From the NCBI GenBank assembly GCA_013239625.1, contig MU053520.1, forward strand, positions 524,934-588,933: DNA of 64,000 nucleotides, written 5' to 3'. Below the pieces are notes generated by a model. The model worked only from the letters and a program-made list of their open reading frames with translations. It searched no databases and had not been told where the DNA came from. Every line of letters begins with the position of its first letter. Within the stretch, counting starts at the first letter, position 1. This document shows positions 14,411-28,690 of this stretch, piece after piece. The stretch is from Lama guanicoe (lineage: Eukaryota). Made by a program: the position numbers and the translations under genes.

Positions 14411-15589
14411 AATTGAGTATATTGGAGAAGCCAGGATAAACACACAAAAATTGAATTTAAGGTAAAAATAATAGAAAAATAGCAAGACAAGAACACATAC
14501 ACATTAAATATTGGCTTCTGATTGCTCTTAGAAATAGAGAAATTTAAATAGATAGAAGGAAGGCAGCTTGTGCTGCAGAAGAAGGGTTTTACAAATCAGT
14601 TTGTTAACTTTGAAATACGTCCCTCAACCCCCCAGCCCAAGATGTATAATCTATAGGCTTGGGTAAGACCTTCACTTGAGATCTGTTTATAGTTTTTCCA
14701 TACGAGCTTCTGTCACTCTACTTAGGTTCCATCAGCTGTAAATTTTCCGTTTGGAAAGACCTCTTGATTTCTGAACATGAAACCACTGCAAGCTATGGGC
14801 AGTTTGGGATTTCTTTTTCAATTTTCTCAAAACCAAGGAATACGCTGTACCACTTAGACTATAGCCATATATTAGCCATCTGCTGTTTCTGCCTTTGAGG
14901 GCTGACAGTTCAGTTGAGAGAAAATAGTATTTTGAAAGCTATGGGAATTTAATCATCAGCTATGCTCTCATAGGCTCTCTTCCAAGGTATTGGGCCTGAT
15001 TAATGAAAATGTTACTTTTGGAAGTGTGTATTGCTATCCAGACAAAGTCAAAAAAAAACAAAAAACAAAAACAGGAAGATAGTATTATGATCCATCCGTG
15101 TTCCATCTTAGCTATCCTGCATTTATCTAGTTGTTCATTTGTTTCCTTTCATTGTCAGAAGTGAGACTGTGTGTGTGTGTTGTGTATGTTGATATGTTTT
15201 TATGTTGGGAGTTACCAAATATAAAGTATACATATAACTGAATCACTCATTACATTTTTTTTAATTGTCAGAAGGCACCAAAAATAATTTAAAATACCTC
15301 TAGATGCAAAAACAGATGTGAGGCCAAATCCAGGATTTTTCTATTAAGACAGGAAGTAACAGAGTTTTTATAGATCCAGGAACAGAAGTCATGGCCCAGG
15401 ATTCACAGTTTAGATGTTTAAATATCAAAAAAGGAAAATGCCAACAATCCATGATTAGAGACTTACTTTCACTCACTAGTATTTGAGGAAATGGGGAAGA
15501 ATATAGGGCATAAAGTGTATTTAAAAAAAAAAAAAGATACGGCTACTTGACCTCAAATCAGCAGGCAGATACAGGCAAGTTTTTTTTTT

Positions 15590-18500
15590 TAATTGAAGTA
15601 TAGTTGACTTACACTATATTAGTTTCAGATGTGCACATTATATTAGTTTCAGGTGTGCAACATAGTGATTTGATATTTTTATACATCACAAAATTATCAC
15701 TATGAGGTCTAGTTACAATCTGTCACCATGCAGAGTTACTACAAAATTATTTACTATATGCCATATACTGTACTTTATATCCCTGTGACTTATTTATAAC
15801 TAGCAGTTTGTAACTCCTAATCTCCCTCAACTACTTCACTCGTTCCCCTACCCACCACCCCTCTGGCAACCACCTGCTTGTTCTCTGTATCTATGAGTCC
15901 AATTCTGTTTTGTTACATTTGTTTGTTTTGTTTTTCAGATTCCAGATATAATGAAATCATACAGTATTTGTCTTTCTCTGTCCGACATTTCATTTGGCAT
16001 AATACCCTCCATGTCCATCCATGTTGTTGCAAATGGCAATATTTCATTATTTTTATGGCTAATATTTCATTGTATAAACATAGCACATCTGCTATATCCA
16101 TTTATGTCAGTGGGCACTTAGGCTGCTTCCATATCTTGGCTATTGTAAATAATAATGTGATGAACATAGGGGTGCATATATTATTTTGAATTTTCATTTT
16201 TGTTTTCTTTGGAAAAATACTCAGAAGTGAAATTGCTGGATAGTACAATAGTTTTATTTTTAATTTTTTTGAGAAATCTTTATTATATTTTCCATAGTGG
16301 CTGAACTAATTTACATTCACACCCAGAGTGCACAGGATTCCTTTTTCTCCACATCCTTATCAACATTAATTATTTGTTGTCTTTTTGATGACAACTAATT
16401 TTACAGGTGTGAGGTAGAATCTCATTGGGGTTTTGATTTGCATTTCTCTGATAATTAGAGATGCTGAGCATTTTTTCATGTGTCTGTTGTCCATTTCTCT
16501 GTCTTCTTCAGAAAATGTTAAGATCCTCTAACCATTTTTATAGAATTATTTGTTTATTTGAGTAGAATGGATTCTTTGTGTATTTTGGATATTAACTCCT
16601 TTATCAGATATATCACTTGCAAATATTTTCACCCATTCAGTAGGTTATATTTTTGTTTTGTTAATAGTTTCCTTCACTTTGTAGCATTTTTAGTTTAATG
16701 TAGTTCCATTTGTTTGTTTTTGCTTTCCTTTCCCTTGCCTGAGGAGACATAAACAAAAAAATATTGCTAAGACCAATGTCAAAGAGAGGACTGCCTATGT
16801 TTTATTCTAGGAGTTTTATGGTTTTAGGTCTTAAATTTAAGTCTTTAATCCACTTTGAGTTCATTTTTGTATATGGTTTGAGAAAGTAGTACAGTTTGAG
16901 TCTTTTGCATGTAGCTTTCCAGTTTTCCCAGCACCATTTATTGAAGAGGCTGTCTTTTCCACGTTGTGTATTCTTGGTTCTTTTGTCATAGAATAATTGA
17001 CTATATAAGTTTGGGGTCATTTCTGGGCTGAATATTCTGTTCCATTGATCTATGTGTCTGTTTTTGAGCTAGTACTCATGACTGTTTTGATTACTATACC
17101 TTTATAGCATAGTTTAAAATCAGAGATTGTATTACCTCCAGCTTTGTTGTTCTTTCTCAAGACTTTTTCACTATTCACGGTCTATTGTTTTTCCATGTGA
17201 ATATTAGAATTCTTTGTTCTAGTTCTGTAAAAATGTCACTGGTATTTTGATAAGAATTTCATTTAATCTGTATATTTGCCTTGGGGAGTATGATTATTTT
17301 AACAAAATTAATTCTTCCAATCCATGAGCATGGTGTACCTTTCCATTTGTTTGTGTCTTCTTCAATGTCTTTCATCAATGTCTTACAGTTTTCTGAGTAC
17401 AGGTCTTTTACCTCCTTTGTTAAATTTATTTCTAGGTATTTTATCCTTTTTGATGTTATTTAAATGGAAATACAACAGGTTTTGTGTATGAATTTTGTAT
17501 CCTGCAACTTTACTGAACTCATTAATTAGGTCTAATAGCATCTTCAGTAGCATCTTTAGAATTTTCTATATATGGTAACATGTCATCTGCAAACAAAGAT
17601 AGTTTTACTTCTTTCTTTCCGATTTGGAATTATTTTATGTCTTTTTCTTTTCTGATTGCTCTGACTAGGACTTCCAATACTATGCTGAATAAAAGTGGAT
17701 AGAGTGGGAATTCTTGTCTTATTCCTGATCTTAAATGAAAAATACTTTCAGCTTTTTATCACTGAGTCTAATGTTGGCTGTAAGTTTTTCCTATGTCTTA
17801 ATTATGTTAAGGAATATTAATTTTACACCCAATTTGCTGAATTTTTGTTTAATCATGAATAGACGTTGAAACTTGTGAAAAGCTTTTTGCATCTATTGAG
17901 ATGATAGTATGATTTTTATTCTTCAATTTGTTACTGTGGACTATTCCATTAATTGATTTGCAAATATTGAATCATACATGTATCCCTGGATAGATCATAG
18001 TGTATAATCATTTTAATGTATTGTTGAATTCACTTTGCTAATATTTTGTTGAGGATTGTTGCATCTATATTCATCAGTGATACTGGCCTGTAATTTTCTT
18101 TTTCCATTTCTTTTTCATTGCTTGGTTTGGCATCAGGGTGATTCTGGACTCCTAGAATGAGTTTGGAATTGTTTTTTCTGCAGCTTTTGGAAATATTTGG
18201 GAAAGGATAGATGTTAACTCGTCTTTAAATATTTGATAGAATTCACCTGTGAAGCCATTTGGTCCTGGACTTTTGTTTGTTGGGATTTTTTGATTACTGA
18301 TTCAATTTCATTACTGGTAATCAGTCTTCTCATATTTTCTATTTCTTTTAATTTAGTCTTTGGGGATTGTACATTTCTAGGATTTTTTTCCATTTCTTCT
18401 AGGTTGTCTTTTATTGGCATATAATTGTTCATAGTAATCTCTTCTGATACTTAGTATTTTTCTGTGGTGTCAGTTGTAACAATTCCTTTTTCATTTCTGA

Positions 18501-21500
18501 TTTTATTGATTTGGTCCCCTCTCTTTACTTTTTGATGATTCTGACCAAAGCTTTATTAATTTTGTTTATCTTTCTAAAGAATCAGCTCTTAGTTTCATTG
18601 ATCTTTTCTATTGTTATTTTCTCTATTTCATGTATTTCTGCTCTGACTTGTATGCTTTCTTTCCTTCTACTAAGTTTGGGTTTTGTTTATTTTTCTTCTT
18701 CTAATTCCATTAGGTATAAGATTAGAGTGTTTGAGATTTTATTTCCTGAGGTAAACTTTTATCACGATAAACTCCCTCCTTAAAACTACTTTTGCTGTGC
18801 CCCACAGATTTTGGATTACTGTGTTCTCATTTTCATTTGTCTATGGATATTTTTTATTTCTTCTGATTTCTTCAGTGATCCATTAGCTGTTTGGTAGTAT
18901 CTGGTTTAGCCTCTATGTGTGTTTTTTGCAAGTTTTTGTTTCCTTATAGCTGATTTCTAGTGTCATACCATTGTGATCAGAAAAGATGCTTAATATGATT
19001 TCAATCTTATTAAATTTCTTGAGTCTTATTTTGTGGCTTAGCATGTAATCTTTTCTGGAGAGTGTTTCATGGCCCCTGAAAAGAATGTGTGTTCTGGTCC
19101 TTTTAGATAGAATGCTGTACCTTTATCTGTTAAGTCCATTTACTCTAATGTGCCCTTTAAGGCCAGCATTTCCTTAGTGATTTTCTTTCTGAATGATCTG
19201 TCCATTGGTGTAAAAGCCCCCTACTATAATTGTGTTACTATCAATTTCTCTTTTTAGAGGTGTTCCTATGTTTAGTGAATATATGTTTACAATTGTTATA
19301 TCTTCTTGTTGGATTGGCCCCTTTATCATAAAAAATGTCCTTTTTTTTCTCTTGCTACAATCTTTGTTTTAAAGTGCATTTTGTCTGATATAAGTGCTGC
19401 TACCACAACTTTATTTTCATTTGATTTTGTGTGGAGTATTTCTTTACTTTTTTTTTTATCCCTTCACCTTCAGCCTGTATATGTCTTTAGATCTGAAGTG
19501 AGTCTATCATAGGAAGCATACAGATAGGTCTTCTTTTTGTATCTATTCAGTCACTCAATTTCTTTGATTGGAGCATTTAGTTCATTTCCACTTAAAGTTA
19601 TTACTGATAGGTATGTACTACTTATTGCCATTTTGTTACTTGCTTTCTGTTTGTTCTTCTAGCTTTTCTCCCTTTCTTTTTTTTTGTGCTCTTTCCCCAT
19701 GATTTGATGGCTATCTTTAGTGTTATATTTGGATTCCTCTCTCTTTTTTACATGAGTTTCTATTATGGATTTATTGTTTGTGGTTATCATGAAGTTCATA
19801 TATAACAACTTATATATGCATATGTGTATGTGTATATATATATATATCAGCATATGTATATATCAGATATATATGTATACATATATATATCAGTGATTAT
19901 TTTAAATAGATGATCTCTTAAGTTCAAGTACATTCTAACATTCCTGAACTTTTACTTCCCCCACCAACAATGAATATTTTTGACATCATATTTTATAGTT
20001 TTGTTTTGTGTATTTTTAACCACTTATTGTTGATATAGATGATTTTACTACATTTGCCTTTTAACATTCCTACTAGCTTTATACATGGTTGACCTACTAC
20101 CTTTACTGTATTTTCACCTCTACTGATAAGATTTTTTTTTCTGTCATAATTTTTGTAATTCTAGACGTTGTTTTTTCTTTTCTGCTTACAGAAGTATTTT
20201 TAACATTTCTTTTAAAGCTAGTTAAACGGTACTTATCTACAAAACAGTTTATTTCTCATTCAAATCTGAATGATAGCCTTGCCAGGTAAAGTAGTCTGGG
20301 TAGTAGGATTTTTTTCCATCACTTTGAATATATTGTGCCACTCCCATCTGACCTGTAAAGTTTCTGCTGAAAGTCAACTCATAGTGATATGGGAGTGCCC
20401 ATGTATATAACTAGTTGCTTGTTTCTTGCTGCTGTTAAGAGTCTCTCTTTATCTTTAATTTTTACAGTTAAGTAACAATATGTCTTGGTATGGATCTCTT
20501 TAGCTAAATTTTATTTAAGACTGTGCTTCCTGGAGCTGGATGTGTTTCCTTTACCAGGTTAAGTAAGTTTTCAGCTATTTTTTCCTTTAAATAGTGTTTC
20601 TGCTCCTTTTTCTCTCTCTTTTCCATCTGGGACCCCTAAAATGTGAATGTCAGTGTGCTTGATGAGTCAAAGAGCTCTCTTGAACTATCCTCATTAAAGA
20701 AAAAAAAGTATTCTCTTTCTTTGTTTCTGTTCAGCTTGTGTAATTTCCAACTACTCTGTCTTTCGGTTTGCTGCTCTGTTCCTCTATATCATCTACCATT
20801 GATTTCTTCTAGTGTATTTTTTTAAAAATTTAGGTTACTGTTCTCTTCATCTTTGGATAGTCCTTCTTTACGTTTTCTAACTCTTTGTTAATCTTCTCCC
20901 TGTATAAATCCATCCTCCTGTGTTTGTTGAGCATCTTTATCATTATTACTTTGAACTATTTACTGGGGAGATTGTTCATCTCCATTCTGCTCAGTTCTTA
21001 TTCTCGGGCTTTGTCTTATTTCTTTACTTGGAACATATTCCTCTATCTCTTCATTTTACCTAATTCTTTGTGTCTATCTCAATGTATTAGGTAGTTTGTT
21101 TATGTTTACCATTCTTGGAGAAGTAGGTCTTAATAAAAGACATCCTGTGAGGTGAGTAACACACTCCCCTCTGGTCACCAGACCGGTGTGCTCTCAGATG
21201 CCCTCTCATATGGGCTGCATGGACACTTCTGTTGTGGTGGGGCCAGCTACCACGGGTGCACTGGTAAGCAGAGCTGGCCCCTGGCCTGATTGGTTGCCAG
21301 TCCTCCCTCATGAAGTAGCTTTCATCCCAATGATGTACAGATCTTTGTTCCAGTGCAGCTGGCTTCTCAACCCATGGAGTCCCAGAGCTGTTGCTGTTGC
21401 TGGCATGCTAATAGGTGGAGCTGGGTCACAGTGTGGCTGTTTGTGCTTCCTGGGGGCTCTCAGGGCTGGGGCTGACCAGCTGGTGGGTAGAACAGGTTCC

Positions 21501-21540
21501 TGGCATGGTTGGTTTTACAGCCTGGTGATGGCAAATATCT
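15590..21540 (-). mobile_element. Near-full-length degenerate L1 (partial 5' UTR, ORF1, ORF2, 3' UTR, poly(A))
   Basis: Poly(T) at 15589. [13 protein letters not shown] (16802-17020). ORF2 start MAISSTYLSVITL at 19631. ORF1 start near 21054 (MKR*RNMFQ). GC-richer 5' UTR at 21150-21540. Many stops and frameshifts. Confidence 0.95.
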
Positions 21541-22570
21541 TAATGGTATAAGAATATTTAGTGCTTATACATGGGAGACTCTGATTTGATTTGAGGGTAT
21601 CATAATTCAACCATCTTCAAGACATCATCCTCTGGAGACCATTGGTGGCTATCTCATCTCTGACTTTCTCATGCTGTTTCATACACTTCAAACTTAGCAT
21701 ACACCCTTTTTAGAAAGTACAGATTCTTCCCTGTCAAAAATTCCCATTGTAAATAATTAAATAATTAAATATTTAAACAACTTGGCATGATAGAATAACC
21801 AGTCCATGATCCTAAGTCATTAAATGGCTGAAATGCAATCTTCTATTGCAACATTTGTCTCAATCAGAGAAGCACCTCATGGAAGAACAGCAGAAATAAT
21901 TTGCTCAAAAAGCAAAAGAGAACATGATTCTTTTGATGTCTCTTTTTATGACAACAATTCTTGACAGAATAGCCATTTTTGTCACTAAATGAATTCCTAA
22001 AGGAGAAGGATATGGAATCTCTCTTTTTCTCTCTCTCTCTACATTTTGTTGTCATTGTTGTTCATAGAATCTTCACACATAGGATGAAATTTGGATTAAA
22101 AAATAATAACCCACAAAGAAGATGTCACAACAGAGCCATTTCATTTCCTTTTGCTAACACTATTTTTCCTGTCTAAAACTCCAGAGTGAAAGTAAAATAC
22201 AGCATTATTGCCAGGAACAGTAAAATAGTTTTCCCCTTCATGCTAGCACAGCACTAAAATATGATTTAGATGTAAATATAACATATTTCCAAATATTAAC
22301 TTCAGGGTGTAGTAAAGACCAGTTGTTCTCAGGAAATGTGTACTGCAGAAATATGGTTCAGTGTGAACTTCATCCTTGGTGTCCTGGTTGCCATAATACC
22401 TACAGCTCCACATTCCACAAGCAGAGAAAATAGAAATGTCATAAATGTCCCCAACAGACAGATCAGCTTTTGATTACTGGCATTCTTTAGGCTCATCCAA
22501 AACACAGGTTTCACAAACAAATTTCTCTTGGGTTTTAGGATGTATTCTACTTCTTTATTGAAGTTGGTTT

Positions 22571-23113
22571 TGTTACCCCAAAAGGGGAAGGGAAGAGACC
22601 CCACTAACTGTCTTACCCAAATAATAAGAATTCAGATGGGAGACAGTGCATTGTGTGGTGAAATGTTTTAAAGGATTTATTTAGGAAAGGAAAAGTATAC
22701 CCCCCCAAGAATGGGAGGTGAGCTGATTCAAGGGAGGAAAAAGTGGCAGTCTTTGACTGTCTTATACTTTCACTTAGAAGTTGTCTTTTGATTGACAGCT
22801 CTTGCCACCCCTGGAATGCTTAGTCATGTTTGTCCTATTTGGTTATATCCTTACCCATTATGCACCAGAAAATCCCATGGTGGGGTGCGTAAACCACAAT
22901 ACTAATTATATTCCAATAAGCACTGGGTCATGTCTGGTTAGGTCCTTCTTGCGATTGCTCAGTTGCGACTGTTAGATTCTAACTAGTTCTTGCAGGCACT
23001 AATTTAGAAGAGCTAAAGCCCTTTTATGCTGGAGGTGGGCATAACACCACCTTCTGGGACATTCGCCCTCTCTTCCACTTATCTTTTCGGTGACCCCACT
23101 TATCTACCTAGCA
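22571..23113 (-). repeat. 3' LTR of the provirus (called 'family X' here)
   Basis: tgttacccc...cctagca termini. Poly(A) signal (tttatt on +) near 22676. Homologous to 30061-30973 and 33605-34163. Confidence 0.92.
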
Positions 23114-23125
23114 TTCCCCACCTCT
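23114..23125 (-). promoter_or_regulatory. Polypurine tract (PPT)
   Basis: Minus strand reads AGAGGTGGGGAA immediately before the TG of the 3' LTR. Confidence 0.85.
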
Positions 23126-23199
23126 AGACATAGGACCCCAAATCTTTGGGACATAGAGGATGATGACTGCTTTAGCTACTTTCTGCTAGTTCAGGGCAA

Positions 23200-23690
23200 T
23201 GAGGGGGCTCATTGGGGTCCTAGACTATCTTATTATCCCTGGGCGCTCACTCAGTTGGTGAGTGGAGAGTTACTGTCCATTGAGGGGACTTGTCTTGGAT
23301 GATTGGTCAATTGCCTTGTTTCATAAACATCTGAAGTTTGATCAACTCTAGGCAAGAAGAAACACATTTTATAAGAAAGTAGAAAAGACAAGGGTTGAAT
23401 AGGTAGAGGAGAATGATCAATCCTAGCAAAGCGATGGAAGGGGCAAACTAGGGTCAGACTCAGCTAAACAATGAATGGTAAATGATTCCTGTGCTTTCTC
23501 TTTGTTTAGATTTTTTAGAAGACAGATGTTGGAGTGTCAGCCCAGTGAACCAGAGGAAGAGTAAAGATAGGGACCTTAACATTGGAGAAATGTTATTATA
23601 ATAGCTCAGTGGGGGCCTTGAAAGGAAAAGAGATTAAAGCCAGTAAATGTTTAGGAAAAAAGTCTACCCAAAAGGGATCCATAATCACCT
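23200..23690 (-). pseudogene. env: env remnant (possible N-terminus plus TM membrane anchor/cytoplasmic tail; most of SU/TM deleted)
   Basis: FAPSIALLGLIILLYLFNPCLFYFLIKCVSSCLELIKLQM at about 23325-23450 is a typical gammaretroviral TM anchor. Only ~0.6 kb separates the end of pol from the LTR. Confidence 0.8.
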
Positions 23691-23714
23691 TGGTCAACAG
23701 GACTGTCTTACCTG

Positions 23715-26700
23715 AGTGCTTCTTGAAAAGCAGTCTCAGATCACTAATAGGTTCACAAAAATATGTGGGATCCAAGATGTCTTGGGGTCCCAGGGCCTGG
23801 GTTTTCAATGGATTGGTCTTCCTGGGTGGACTTCCATGGCTTTATTTCGGTATGATGTTCCAGCTGGCAATCCCAGAAATCTTTACTGTAGTGGAGAAGG
23901 ATAGAAGAACAGGGTAAGGTCCTTTCTAAATGGTTTGAAGCTGGGAGGCTGGGGAGCCATCTTTCCACCTTAGTGCCAGGGGAATGTAAAGGAGCTCCTG
24001 TTGTCACCTGAGGTCCTGTTTTTAGCCCAGATTCCATCAGGTGTTTTAGATTTGATTAAGAGCCTGGGCATATGCTCTGAAAGACTTGATTGGCTTCATT
24101 ATCTATCAGTGTTTCCATTTCAATAAATGGCCTTCCAGAAGGAGCTTCATAAGGACTAAGGCCCAGTGCTACCTTGTGGGCTACCCTGGTTCATAAAAGA
24201 GCTATTGGTAGGACCTCTTTCCAACTTAAAGAAGTTTCTTGGGTGCATTTTCTAAGAGCTGCTTTAAAGATTTGATTGGCCCTTTCTACCTTTCCTGAGG
24301 ACTGAGGCCTCCAGGAGCAATGTTAATTGTATTTACATTGGATTCCCAAAGCTTTAGAAACAGATTGGACTATCAATGAGATGAATGAAGATCTATTGGG
24401 AGACCATATCTGGGAATTATCTTGTGGAATAGCTGTTTTTCCATCTCTGATGTTTTTCAATTCTGGTGGGATATGCTTCTATCTACCCACTGAATGTGTC
24501 AACAAAGACCAGTAGATATTTGTTACCTTGGTGAGGGGACATCTGAGTAAAATCAATTTGCCAGTTTCCTCCTGATAATTCTTTCTATGCTGAGCAGTCC
24601 AAAGCAATTGGACTCCCTGTGGGTTGTTAACAGCACAAATGGGGCAAGATTTGGTTACTTGGTCTATCATCATGGTTATTCCTTTTCCTTCAAATGCCCT
24701 TGAAATTAATGAGAAGTGGCTTCATGTAAGGCCTTCAGGACATTCCACTCAAGTTCCTGTGGCAAAAGTAGGATTTCCCCTTGTTGTGAGGAAGAAAAGT
24801 TAGGCAAAGATAAAACACCTGTTGCTTGCACTGTCATGCCATTGGCTTCTGTAATCTTGCTTGCTTCTGGTATCAGCCAGTAACAGCCATTGAGAAACTT
24901 CCTGCACTTAGCCCAGAAGTTCCCTAATACCTGAAAGCCTAACATGTACAAAAGGCTGTCAAAGCCTGAGCCGGGTGCTCAGCGCTTGGAGGTGATTTCG
25001 TTGAGCCAGCACTGGTGTGGAATAAACCAGTTTTTTCTGATCCTCCGTGTGTGTGCTGACTGTCTTTTCCCACCGGCAGAATTCTCCCATTACAGTTGTA
25101 ACCAGCCTGAAGGTCCCAGTAGAATTTTTTTCTGCTTTACCCAGGCTTCTTCCTCATGAATGTAATTTGGAGGAGTGTAGGTGGAGGCAAAGTAGACATC
25201 AGAGGGGAGGTTCTTGGATGGCAGCACCTTTGGCTGCTGCATCAGCTGCCCTATTTCCTTTTGTTACTTCTGAATCTCCCTTTTGATGGCCCTTGCAGTG
25301 AACCATGGCCACTTGCTGGGGAAGCTGAAGGGCCTCATTTAGACAGAGGATCTGAGACCCATATTTAATGGAGCTATTTTTGGTAGTTAAAAGTCTCCTT
25401 TCCTTCCAGATGGCTGCATGAGCATGTAGAACCAGAAAAGCATACTTTAAGTCTATATAAATGGTGACCATCTTTCCTTGGATGAGCTCCAAGGCTCATG
25501 TTAGGGCAATTATTTTAGCCAGTTGTGCTGAAATGCTGGAAGGCAATGGCTTCCTGTCTGTAATCTCATGGAGGGAGATGACTGAGTCTCTGGCCCTATG
25601 TCTTCCCTCTGTGACAAAGCCGCTCTCATCAGTTAACCAGATCTCATAAGGGTTTTTGAGAGGTTGGTCAGTGAGATCTGTTCTAGCTCCCAGGGAAATG
25701 GGTAGGGTCTCTTGACATTGGTGAAAGGGAACAGACTCATCTGGTGATGGTAATATAGCAGGTTTGAGTGTCCCACAAACAGAGAAAATAGCATGCAGGT
25801 TTTCCAAAAATAAGGCCTAATATTTAAGAAGCAGAGCATCTGAGAGGCAGAAACATCTCTTACCCTTTAAAAGATCAGAAAATTGGTGGCTAGTGTAGTC
25901 TTGTATAGGAGTTCCCAGAGTTAGCTTAAAATCTTCCTTCAGGAGGATGGAGAGGGCCCCCAACACTCTTAGACAAGAGGGCCAGCCTTGAGCAGTGGAA
26001 TCTAGGTGCTTGGAAAGGTGTCCCATGGGTGGTTGGGTAGGACCCAGTCATTGAGTAAGGACTCCCAAAGCTATTCCTCCTCTCTCATGGAAGGGACTCA
26101 TGGGATCTGGAAGCCCCAGAGCTGGGGCTCTCTTTGAGAGATTAAAAAAAAAAATTCTTCCATTGCTTCCTCCTGGGAAGGACCCCACTGGAGAGGTACT
26201 GAATCATCCTTACCCTTTAAACTGTCATAGAGGGGTGGGGCTATATACCCATAATTAGAAATCCAAAGCTTACAGTAAGCTGTTAGTCTGAGGAATGTCC
26301 TGAGCTGTTTTGGGGTAGTGGAATTGAGTTGTAGAATTCCCTGAATTCATTCAGAGGAAAGACTACAGTTTCCAAGAGTCACGATAACTCTGAGATGTTA
26401 CTTCTTCTTTGACTATCTTGGCCTTAGGCCTGGAAACCTTATATCCCAGCTCAGTCAAGAAGTCGAGCTTAGATTGCATGTTGAAGGCCTGTTCTTGGGT
26501 AGGGGAACAGATAAGCGAGTCATCCACATACTGGAAAATGGTCCCCTTTTCAAGCTGTTAGTCCTATAAATATTGGGCCAAGGCTTGCCTAAAGAGGTGA
26601 GGACAATTTCTAAATCCCTCTGGTAGCACTGTCCAGGTTAACTGGTGTTGATACCCATTGGGAGAGTCCCACTGAAAGGCAAATAATTATTAGGACCGGG

Positions 26701-27200
26701 ACTAAGGGGTATAGTGAAGAACATATTTTAGATAGAAGGTAGTATACCAATGGGTTCCTGGAGGTATAGGGAGCTAATCACTGGATGAAGAGGCATTACA
26801 GCCTCATTTATGATTCTCAAATCTTGGACCAGACAATAGATCCCATCCTTCTTAATGACTAAAAGGATAGGTGTGTTACAGGGGGGAAGTTAATAGGAAT
26901 CAGGAATCCACATTGTAAGAAGTTAGAAATTATTGGCTGAAGTCTCTTCCTGGCTTTGGGCTTTAAAGGATATTGTTTTCAGTTAGGGAAATGGGTAGGA
27001 TCGTTGAGGGATATGACAACAGGAGTAGTCATCTTTGTTCACCTTGGGATGCCTCGATCCCAGACAGTGGGATCAAATATGTTTTCCCAGGTTTCTGGGT
27101 CAGAAGGATTTTCTCCTTTCCCAGAGAGCAATGTGAGTTGTAGAGAAGTGAATGTTAGAAGGTTTTCTCCCAGGACAACTCAGATTTCCAATTTGTAAAG
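23715..27200 (-). pseudogene. pol: pol pseudogene (RT, RNase H, integrase)
   Basis: [23 protein letters not shown] at 26519-26530; RNase H HCKGHQKGDSEVTKGNRAADAAAK; integrase LHEATSH...CPIC and WRPQSSGKVER; C-terminal YFCEPISDLRLLFK. Multiple stops and frameshifts. Confidence 0.96.
24787..25094 (+). mobile_element. 308-bp solo LTR inserted antisense into pol
   Basis: TG...CA ends, AATAAA at 25021, perfect 4-bp TSD GTTG (24783-24786 and 25095-25098). Confidence 0.92.
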
Positions 27201-27224
27201 ATGATCTTGGTCTAAAAGGGGGAT

Positions 27225-27430
27225 AGGTCACTCCAGCATGCATTAGAAAAAAATATAAGAATGAACATTCCTCCCATAAGCCACAAAGGGGGTGAATAAA
27301 GAATCTTAGGTCCCATAATGATGCAGGATCTAGAGGAAAAGGGTCCAAAGAAAGAAATCAGGACAGAGTAGGTGGCTCCAGTAGCCAAAAGAAAAGTTAC
27401 TGTCCTACATGCCATGTCCATTTGCACTGG
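27225..27430 (-). pseudogene. pro: Retroviral protease remnant
   Basis: VTFLLATGATYSVL corresponds to the FLLDTGAxxSVL active-site motif with the catalytic D changed to A. Confidence 0.9.
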
Positions 27431-27499
27431 GCTTGAGCCCAATGATGACAATTTCTTGCCTTGGGGACAACTGGAGGGGGCTTTTTCAGTCCCCAACAA

Positions 27500-28690
27500 C
27501 CATCTGCAGGTAATAGCCCAGTTCTCCCCTGCTGGCCATTTGGCTCAAGGGACAGGGGACTGCCCAATGACCTTGTTTGTTACACCAAAAGCAGGCCGAT
27601 CGTGGAAGTTTGTCCTTGTGGGGACATTCCTTGGCCCAGTGACCAGGTCAGTGACAGATGTTGCATTCAGCACTGGGTTTGCCTCAGGCTGCTAGGGGCC
27701 AAGGACTTAGCCATAGTGACTGCCCTTGTAGTGTTGCAATCATTTGGGCATATCTGGCCTTCTTCCTTCTTTCCTATTCTTGAGACTTGGACTCTTGTAC
27801 CTGATCTTGATTATAGAAAAATGCAGCAGTGGTGGTCAGCATTTCATCAAGTGTTACCCAGGGTTCCTGAACCACCTTTTGGAAATTTTACCTAATATCA
27901 GAGGTGGACTGGGTGAGAAATTTACCCTTTAAGTTGATTTGTCCCTCACATGAGCTGAGGTCCAAATTCATATACTAAGTGAGTGCCTCACAGAGAGGCT
28001 GTAAAAAAAGTGGTGGGGTTGTCTCTGAGGTCCTTACTAACAGCCAACACCTTAGAATAACTGATAACCTTTTGTTGGGCTGCCCAGAGTCCTGCCTTAA
28101 CACAGACCAGAAAATGATCCCTTTCCCACTTCTGATTAGGGTCATTATAGTTCCATCTGGGTTCCACTGGGAAAACAGCTGTTTCCCCTATGGGATACTT
28201 GTCATTAGACAGTTGTAGAGTGTCTGCATGTTTTCTGGCTTCTCTGAGGACCCTTTTCTTTTTTGTATTGGATAGAGTCTGGGATGATAATATTAACATT
28301 TTCCTGGTGAGACTATATGCCAGAGTAATGTGCTGAACTGCCTCTATTTATTTATCTGGGTTGTCTGAATAGCTTCCCAGATCAGTCTTAATTTGCCTCA
28401 ACTCAACCAGAAAAAACAGCTTATGTATGAGCTGCAGACCAAATTCTCCACCCGTTTCCAACAGGAAAGATCTTAGCTATTGGAGGTGATAGAGGACCCA
28501 AAGGCAGTGACTTTCCTGGGTATGAGGGCAGTCAGAGCAGGGGAAGGCATGGGTTTAGGGGAGTCCCCCTCTCTAGGATGTGTCAGGGATTTTTTTTTTT
28601 TTAGGATTTGTGGGATAAAACAGTCCCAGTTGGCCAAGATGCAGCCCAGGGGAGTCCCAGCAGGGATCAACTGTTGCCTTTGCATCTGAA
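27500..28690 (-). pseudogene. gag: gag pseudogene (truncated MA, CA, NC)
   Basis: MA-like TPLGCILANWDCFIPQILKKK; CA-like AVFPVEPRWNYNDPNQKWERDHFLVC; CCHC knuckle CNICH*PGHWAKEC at 27621-27668. Confidence 0.93.

Noticed and set aside
23200..23690. Intact or co-opted (syncytin-like) env
   Set aside because: Most of SU and the TM ectodomain is deleted and stops are present.
24850..25094. tgtaat...attaca inverted termini as the boundaries of the insert in pol
   Set aside because: No TSD at 24850. The 24787 start gives a perfect GTTG TSD and restores the pol frame.
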